DNA of 64,000 nucleotides from Calditrichales bacterium (GTDB lineage Bacteria; Calditrichota; Calditrichia; Calditrichales; J004): NCBI GenBank assembly GCA_965267575.1, contig OZ254086.1, positions 256,001 to 320,000 of the forward strand, read 5' to 3'. Shown piece by piece: positions 59,059 to 64,000 of this stretch (position 1 is its first letter; each line of letters starts with the position of its first letter). The notes under the pieces were generated by a model. It saw only the letters and a program-made list of their open reading frames with translations, ran no database searches and was not told where the DNA came from. The position numbers and the translations under genes were made by a program.

Positions 59059-60227
59059 TGCGCACCCTGAAAACAATCGCCCTGCTTTTATTTTTACAAA
59101 CGGCGGCATGGGGACAACTGGCCGCGTGGGAAAGCTACGGCTACATCAAGTACCTTTACTCTTACACGGAAGCACCACTTTTTACCGCCGAAAAGCTGAG
59201 CGACCACACCCTGCACGCGCGGCTCAACAACCGCTGGTATCCGCTTGACGGACTGACCGGTGCCCTGGAACTGCGCGCCCGCGCGTTTTATGGCGGCTCG
59301 GTGGAAAATATCCCCGGCTATGAAAATTTCATTGCCACAAGCTACCCGTTTGACGATTTCGATGCCCGACTGTGGAAGTCATCCTCGTCTCTTGGCCATG
59401 CCCAAATAGACCGGCTTTATTTTGATTACATCCATGGCAACTGGCAGGTAACGGCCGGACGGCAGCGCGTGGCCTGGGGTACGGCCCTGGTCTGGAACAT
59501 CACTGACCTGTTTAACCCCTACTCTGTTCTGGATTTTGATTACGAGGAGAGACCGGGCAGCGACGCCCTGCGCCTGCAGTATTTCACCTCGCCGGTAAGC
59601 CGGCTGGAGGCGGTGGCTGTACCCGCGCCGGACGAACAGCAGCGCGCCTTCGCTTTAATGTGGTCAAGCAATTTTAATGCTTATGATTTTTATGCGATCG
59701 GCGGCAAGCAACGCGGGCAGCCGTTTGCAGGCGGCGCCTTCAGCGGGGATATTGCCGGGGCCGGGTTCCGCGGCGAGCTGCTATGGACCAAAAGCGATGC
59801 CGCGCAGGCTTTCCCCGGGTTAAAGCGCGGCAGCAAGGACAACGTACGCGCCGTACTTTCTGCCGATTACACCTGGAGCAGCGGACTCTATATCCACGCC
59901 GAAGCCCTTTACAACAGCCTCGGCGTAACCAAAAATGCCGCGCTCTACGCGTTCACGGCGCCAGCGGTGGGCCTGCTTTCCCCGGCACGGGCGTCGTTCT
60001 ATTATGAAATCTCCTACCCTCCGCACCCTTTGTGGCGTCTTTCACTCTTCGCGCTGCATAATCCGTATGATGGTTCTTTCATTGCCGTTCCATCGGTCAC
60101 CTGGTCCGTGGCCACCAACCTGGACCTGTTTTTTATAGCTTTTACCACGGATGGGGCAAAGACCAGCGAGTTCGGCAGCACGGGCAACGGCATCTGGTTA
60201 AGGCTTTCTTATGCTTTTACGCTGTAG
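59058..60227 (+). CDS. Hypothetical outer-membrane protein of the ABC operon
   Basis: TGATG coupling, signal peptide, IDRLY, GRQRVAWG..WN.TDLFNP..DFDYEERPGSDA. Confidence 0.75.
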   Translation: MRTLKTIALLLFLQTAAWGQLAAWESYGYIKYLYSYTEAPLFTAEKLSDHTLHARLNNRWYPLDGLTGALELRARAFYGGSVENIPGYENFIATSYPFDDFDARLWKSSSSLGHAQIDRLYFDYIHGNWQVTAGRQRVAWGTALVWNITDLFNPYSVLDFDYEERPGSDALRLQYFTSPVSRLEAVAVPAPDEQQRAFALMWSSNFNAYDFYAIGGKQRGQPFAGGAFSGDIAGAGFRGELLWTKSDAAQAFPGLKRGSKDNVRAVLSADYTWSSGLYIHAEALYNSLGVTKNAALYAFTAPAVGLLSPARASFYYEISYPPHPLWRLSLFALHNPYDGSFIAVPSVTWSVATNLDLFFIAFTTDGAKTSEFGSTGNGIWLRLSYAFTL

Positions 60228-62004
60228 GATGGAAGCGGTGCAGAAACATTTTAAAGGTCAGCAAGCTACTCATGATGGACACGTTTAGAGACTCTTCCAT
60301 CAACTGTTTCTCTAATACATCACGTTCAAATAAGTCGAAAAACAATGTATGCGGCTGAAGCAAAACTTCATTTACAAAATCCGCGTGCATCGAAAAGAAA
60401 AGATCGTAATTGCTTACAAAACGGCGCAATGTCAATTTCTTATGGATAGTTTCCGGCAAATATGAAAGTGCTTTTTCCCAGGCCATGGGTCCATAGCGCC
60501 AAAACGTAAAACCGCGATACGGTGCCGGCAGACCCATATTTTCCAAACCGAAATTTTTCAATTCCGGCCAAAAATCACTGATCATCCGGCGATAAATGAG
60601 CTGTCGTTTTTTGCTTTTATCATCCAGGCGGTTTAGTTCCAAAACAGAGCGATCGCTTAAAAAAGGATGTTCAAAATGTATATAACGGGTTTGTACGGCC
60701 GCGGCTGCACTATATTTATGTACGCTGATCTGGTCGCGATAGAAAGCATCGATGGTCTGGCCGATATCGCTCAAAGCAAGCTTTTGTTGTAAGAACTCTT
60801 CCAACTCAGGCAGGCAGGCTTGTTTCATTTTTTGGGCGATTGTCTTACTGGTAACAGTGCTTTTTTCCAGTCCCGTGCTAAACCAGGGCAAAAATTGCGG
60901 TGCCAGGGGAACTCGCATGTCAATAAAGCGGGCAGCGCCTTTCATTACCTGCCTGCGGTAGAGCGCACCGCCATGGCTGTCAAGGATCGTATTTGCGTTT
61001 TTGGCCACAGTTCGCCAGGTATGCAGGGCATGGGCCAATGCGGCAGGCAAGAGGCCTTCACCTTCTTCCACCGTTTGTTGCCATAACATTGGCAAACTGT
61101 CAAGCAATGCCTCGTCAAAAGGGATCGTCAGGTGTTCAAGCCCAAAGCGCCTGCATATTTTTGCAGCTATTGTCATATCGCGCGAATCCTTTAAACCATG
61201 CGTATGAGCCAATGCCCGGTGCTGCATACCACAATGCTTCAAAATGGCCCATGTCACACGGCTATCGTATCCCCCCGTCAAAGCGCTCGCGACCTTCTTA
61301 GCGTTTTTTGCTTTTCCTTGAACCGAGCATCTTAAATCATCACGAATAATCTGGTAAACATTTGAAAATGATTGCTTTTCCCTTTTCTGCGTATATGATC
61401 GATACCCGATCAACCGGAGCCCTTCGACATCAAAGCTTAACAGGGTTGCACCGGGAATACGCCTAATGTCGCGATAAAATGTCCGTCCGTTTATCCCGAA
61501 GCCCAGCGTCAAATACTGAAGCAGTCCCGTTTCATCCCAATCGCTACCGCTCAAATTTTCTCGCAGAGGTTGAGAATAGCACGAAAAATACAGGGAGTTT
61601 TGGTTGACATTGTAATAAATCGGCAAGTTGCCAAATGGATCAGTAAACAGAAAAAGCCGGTCTTTTTGAATATTAAACAGAGCGCCACAAAAGCACCCGT
61701 TCAATCCGGCTAATGCTTCACTTGGCTTATGAGCGCCTGAAAGCCTTTTTATTAACTGAATCGTATTAAGTTGTCGATGCTGTTCGTCGTAAGCGGCGCC
61801 ATACACAGCAATCGCAAATCGGCCGTCAACGCTTTTTATCAACTCACCATAATTGAGTCGTGAAAGGCCGAGACAAGTTTTTCTTTCTTTAAATGTTTCA
61901 AAGGACAAAATATGCTTTGGCGGCAAGCTCATTTCGTATTGTTTAAGCAGGTCGGCTTTTCCTGCCCGACTCTCTTTTTCATACCAGCCAAATAATCCGT
62001 TCAT
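60217..62004 (-). CDS. Asparagine-synthetase-like protein (Ntn domain lacking the catalytic Cys + ATP pyrophosphatase domain)
   Basis: Start MNGLFG, LNGCF, TDPFGNLPIYY, PP-loop ALTGGYDSR, HPFLS. Confidence 0.75.
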   Translation of the reverse strand: MNGLFGWYEKESRAGKADLLKQYEMSLPPKHILSFETFKERKTCLGLSRLNYGELIKSVDGRFAIAVYGAAYDEQHRQLNTIQLIKRLSGAHKPSEALAGLNGCFCGALFNIQKDRLFLFTDPFGNLPIYYNVNQNSLYFSCYSQPLRENLSGSDWDETGLLQYLTLGFGINGRTFYRDIRRIPGATLLSFDVEGLRLIGYRSYTQKREKQSFSNVYQIIRDDLRCSVQGKAKNAKKVASALTGGYDSRVTWAILKHCGMQHRALAHTHGLKDSRDMTIAAKICRRFGLEHLTIPFDEALLDSLPMLWQQTVEEGEGLLPAALAHALHTWRTVAKNANTILDSHGGALYRRQVMKGAARFIDMRVPLAPQFLPWFSTGLEKSTVTSKTIAQKMKQACLPELEEFLQQKLALSDIGQTIDAFYRDQISVHKYSAAAAVQTRYIHFEHPFLSDRSVLELNRLDDKSKKRQLIYRRMISDFWPELKNFGLENMGLPAPYRGFTFWRYGPMAWEKALSYLPETIHKKLTLRRFVSNYDLFFSMHADFVNEVLLQPHTLFFDLFERDVLEKQLMEESLNVSIMSSLLTFKMFLHRFHPTA

Positions 62005-62073
62005 TAGCGCTCCCACATTATGGAAATAATCTAAACCATTTAATATTTTTATCCAGCACAAAAAGGACGGGTT

Positions 62074-63348
62074 ATGCAAAATATTTTCGACAGGGCCTAC
62101 GCCGAAAAACGTGATAATGAAGATCCGCTGGCGCCGTTCCGGCGTCGTTTTTTTCACGGCGAGGAGAAGCTGATCTACCTGGACGGCAACAGTCTGGGGC
62201 GCATGCCTTTGGAGGCCCATCGCAGGCTGCAGCAGGTGGCCGGTATCGAATGGGCCGAACGGCTGATCCGTGGCTGGAATGAAGGCTGGATCGACCTTCC
62301 GCAACGCACGGCGGCAAAAATCGCAAAGCTTGTTGGCGCACAGGAGAACGAGGTGCTGGTGGCCGATTCCACGTCGGTTAACCTTTACAAATTGATCGTG
62401 GCTGCGCTGGGTCTGCAAAAGGGTCGTCACAAAATCGTGAGTGATACGCTCAACTTTCCTTCCGATCTGTATGTGTTACAGGGCGCCGCGGAAACGCTGA
62501 ACGCCGGGCATACAATCCACCTTGTTGACTCGAAAGACGGACTTTCCGTTGATAGCCGCGCGGTGGTAGAAGCTTTGGATGAAGACACGGCTCTACTTAC
62601 GCTGAGCCACGTGGCCTTCAAAAGCGCTTTCCGGCATGATATGCAAAAGCTAACCGAAGCAGCCCATCGAAAAGGAGTCCTCGTGCTTTGGGATCTCAGC
62701 CATTCGGCCGGTGCTGTGCCCGTCGATTTAAATGGCTGTAATACCGATATGGCCGTGGGCTGCACCTATAAATACCTGAACGGCGGACCGGGTGCGCCGG
62801 CGTTTCTTTTTGTGCGACACGATCTGCAGGAAAAAATACTGTCGCCGATTTGGGGTTGGTTTGGAGATGCCCGTCCGTTTGCCTTTGAACGGGATTACAA
62901 GCCTGCACCAGGCATCGATCGGTTTGCCGCCGGAACACCTGGCATACTCAGCTTATGCACGGTAGAAACAGCGGTCGATATTATTCTGGAAGCAGGCATA
63001 AAAAATATCTGGCGGAAAGCAAAGCTGCAGATGGAATACGCACGTGCATTATGCGAAGAATGGTTAATAAAAGAGGGCTTTGAAATCGCCACGGCAGCGG
63101 ACCACCATGGCTCGCACCTGGCATTGCGCCACAAAGAAGGTTACCGCATCAACAAAGCGATGATCGATGGGCTGGGCGGGGAGTACAGGTTTATACCGGA
63201 TTTTCGGGAACCGGACATTATTCGTCTGGGGATTGCGCCGCTTTATACACGCTTTAGCGACATATATCTGGCCATCAGTCAGATAAAAACGATCGTTACA
63301 AAAAAGCTTTATGAACAGATTGACGGCCGGCGCGATACGGTTACCTGA
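62074..63348 (+). CDS. kynU: Kynureninase
   Basis: IYLDGNSLG, DSTSVNLYKL, NFPSDLY, WDLSHSAG, GCTYKYLNGGPG, DFREPD..R.G.APLY. Confidence 0.93.
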   Translation: MQNIFDRAYAEKRDNEDPLAPFRRRFFHGEEKLIYLDGNSLGRMPLEAHRRLQQVAGIEWAERLIRGWNEGWIDLPQRTAAKIAKLVGAQENEVLVADSTSVNLYKLIVAALGLQKGRHKIVSDTLNFPSDLYVLQGAAETLNAGHTIHLVDSKDGLSVDSRAVVEALDEDTALLTLSHVAFKSAFRHDMQKLTEAAHRKGVLVLWDLSHSAGAVPVDLNGCNTDMAVGCTYKYLNGGPGAPAFLFVRHDLQEKILSPIWGWFGDARPFAFERDYKPAPGIDRFAAGTPGILSLCTVETAVDIILEAGIKNIWRKAKLQMEYARALCEEWLIKEGFEIATAADHHGSHLALRHKEGYRINKAMIDGLGGEYRFIPDFREPDIIRLGIAPLYTRFSDIYLAISQIKTIVTKKLYEQIDGRRDTVT

Positions 63349-63350
63349 GA

Positions 63351-64000
63351 TCAGCTGTATTGCAGATCTTCTGCTTTTGCCTCAACGATGATTTTGATTT
63401 TTCCGGTGATGAAACCTGCCTCATAAAAATTGCGCAGACGCATCTTCTGGATCGGCGTTATTTCCTGGTTCTCCGGTATCAGCAGTGACCCCTTGTTGGT
63501 GTAAACATCCTGTGCCAGGACCATACCTTCCTGAATCTCGTCAACAGTAACGACGTGGGCACGCTTTTCAACATCGTTATTCATCACAACAGCCTTCAGC
63601 GCGCTTAACACATCCGGGTCGTACCAGTAACTCTGGAACTGCATGGCCTGGAAAGCCTGCTTTTCATTTTTTCCGGTAGCCAGCTGCGAATCAAAGTCAT
63701 CGGCTACTTTAAGAATGCGGGCAATCAACGGCATTTCTTTGCCTTGCAGCGGCATGTTGCTCTTTTCCCGCGCGAAAGGCTGCTCGGCGTACAGTAAAAT
63801 ATTGGAGATCTCTTCCAGACGCGGTATGTTGCCCAAAAGCTCCAGTGCCGTTTTATGCTGCTTGTTAAGCAACAGCCGATCGTTATTGAGCAGCGGTGTG
63901 CCGGCCAGCTTTTTGTCCAGCAAATCTTTGGGCACCGCCAGGAAAGCAATCTGTGACATCATCGCTGAAACATCCATTCTCCAGTCTTTGGGTGCTTTCA
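63351..64000 (-). CDS. HD/HD-GYP-like domain signalling protein, C-terminal part (5' end outside the window)
   Basis: AMMSQI, IPRLEEI..I, MPLIARILKVADDFD, YDPDVL, GMVLAQDVYT. Confidence 0.7.
   Translation of the reverse strand, partial: KAPKDWRMDVSAMMSQIAFLAVPKDLLDKKLAGTPLLNNDRLLLNKQHKTALELLGNIPRLEEISNILLYAEQPFAREKSNMPLQGKEMPLIARILKVADDFDSQLATGKNEKQAFQAMQFQSYWYDPDVLSALKAVVMNNDVEKRAHVVTVDEIQEGMVLAQDVYTNKGSLLIPENQEITPIQKMRLRNFYEAGFITGKIKIIVEAKAEDLQYS

Noticed and set aside
60217-62004. Lasso-peptide biosynthetic cluster
   Set aside because: No precursor peptide, B1/B2 peptidase or RRE gene is visible nearby.
62005-62430. N-terminal 142-aa extension of the 737-aa ORF
   Set aside because: It largely overlaps kynU on the opposite strand; the Ntn-like domain starts at 62004.

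Overview
Bacterial chromosomal window of mostly moderate GC. Host genes carry Shine-Dalgarno motifs; the taxon cannot be fixed from sequence alone. Housekeeping blocks include hutI, an EF-G paralogue, corA, mdh, a DEAD-box helicase, argG-argH, amt-glnK, trmH, a TetR-controlled LolCDE-like ABC operon and kynU. They flank an AT-richer accessory island (about 30.5-49.3 kb) in which all 19 genes after a divergent tyrosine recombinase lie on the + strand. The main observation is an integron-like gene-cassette system driven by a roughly 280-aa tyrosine recombinase that lacks the IntI-specific insertion. An attI-like site sits beside the recombinase start and is duplicated at 38.1 kb with a frameshifted recombinase 5' remnant. 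Four cassettes follow: YiiX-like plus a hypothetical gene, an ArsR-regulated mer operon, a type II R-M pair, and a serine hydrolase. Each cassette starts with GTT plus a cassette-specific sequence and ends with the reverse complement of that sequence, followed by an attC-like hairpin whose mismatches favour bottom-strand folding. Also present are a minimal signal-peptide/PKD/Rhs toxin, vapBC next to an internally deleted RelE-like toxin, a sigma54 module, an MDH with a 5-residue specificity-loop insertion, and several intergenic repeat families, including inverted AACAC-octamer arrays that bracket genes. No rRNA, tRNA or CRISPR array was seen.
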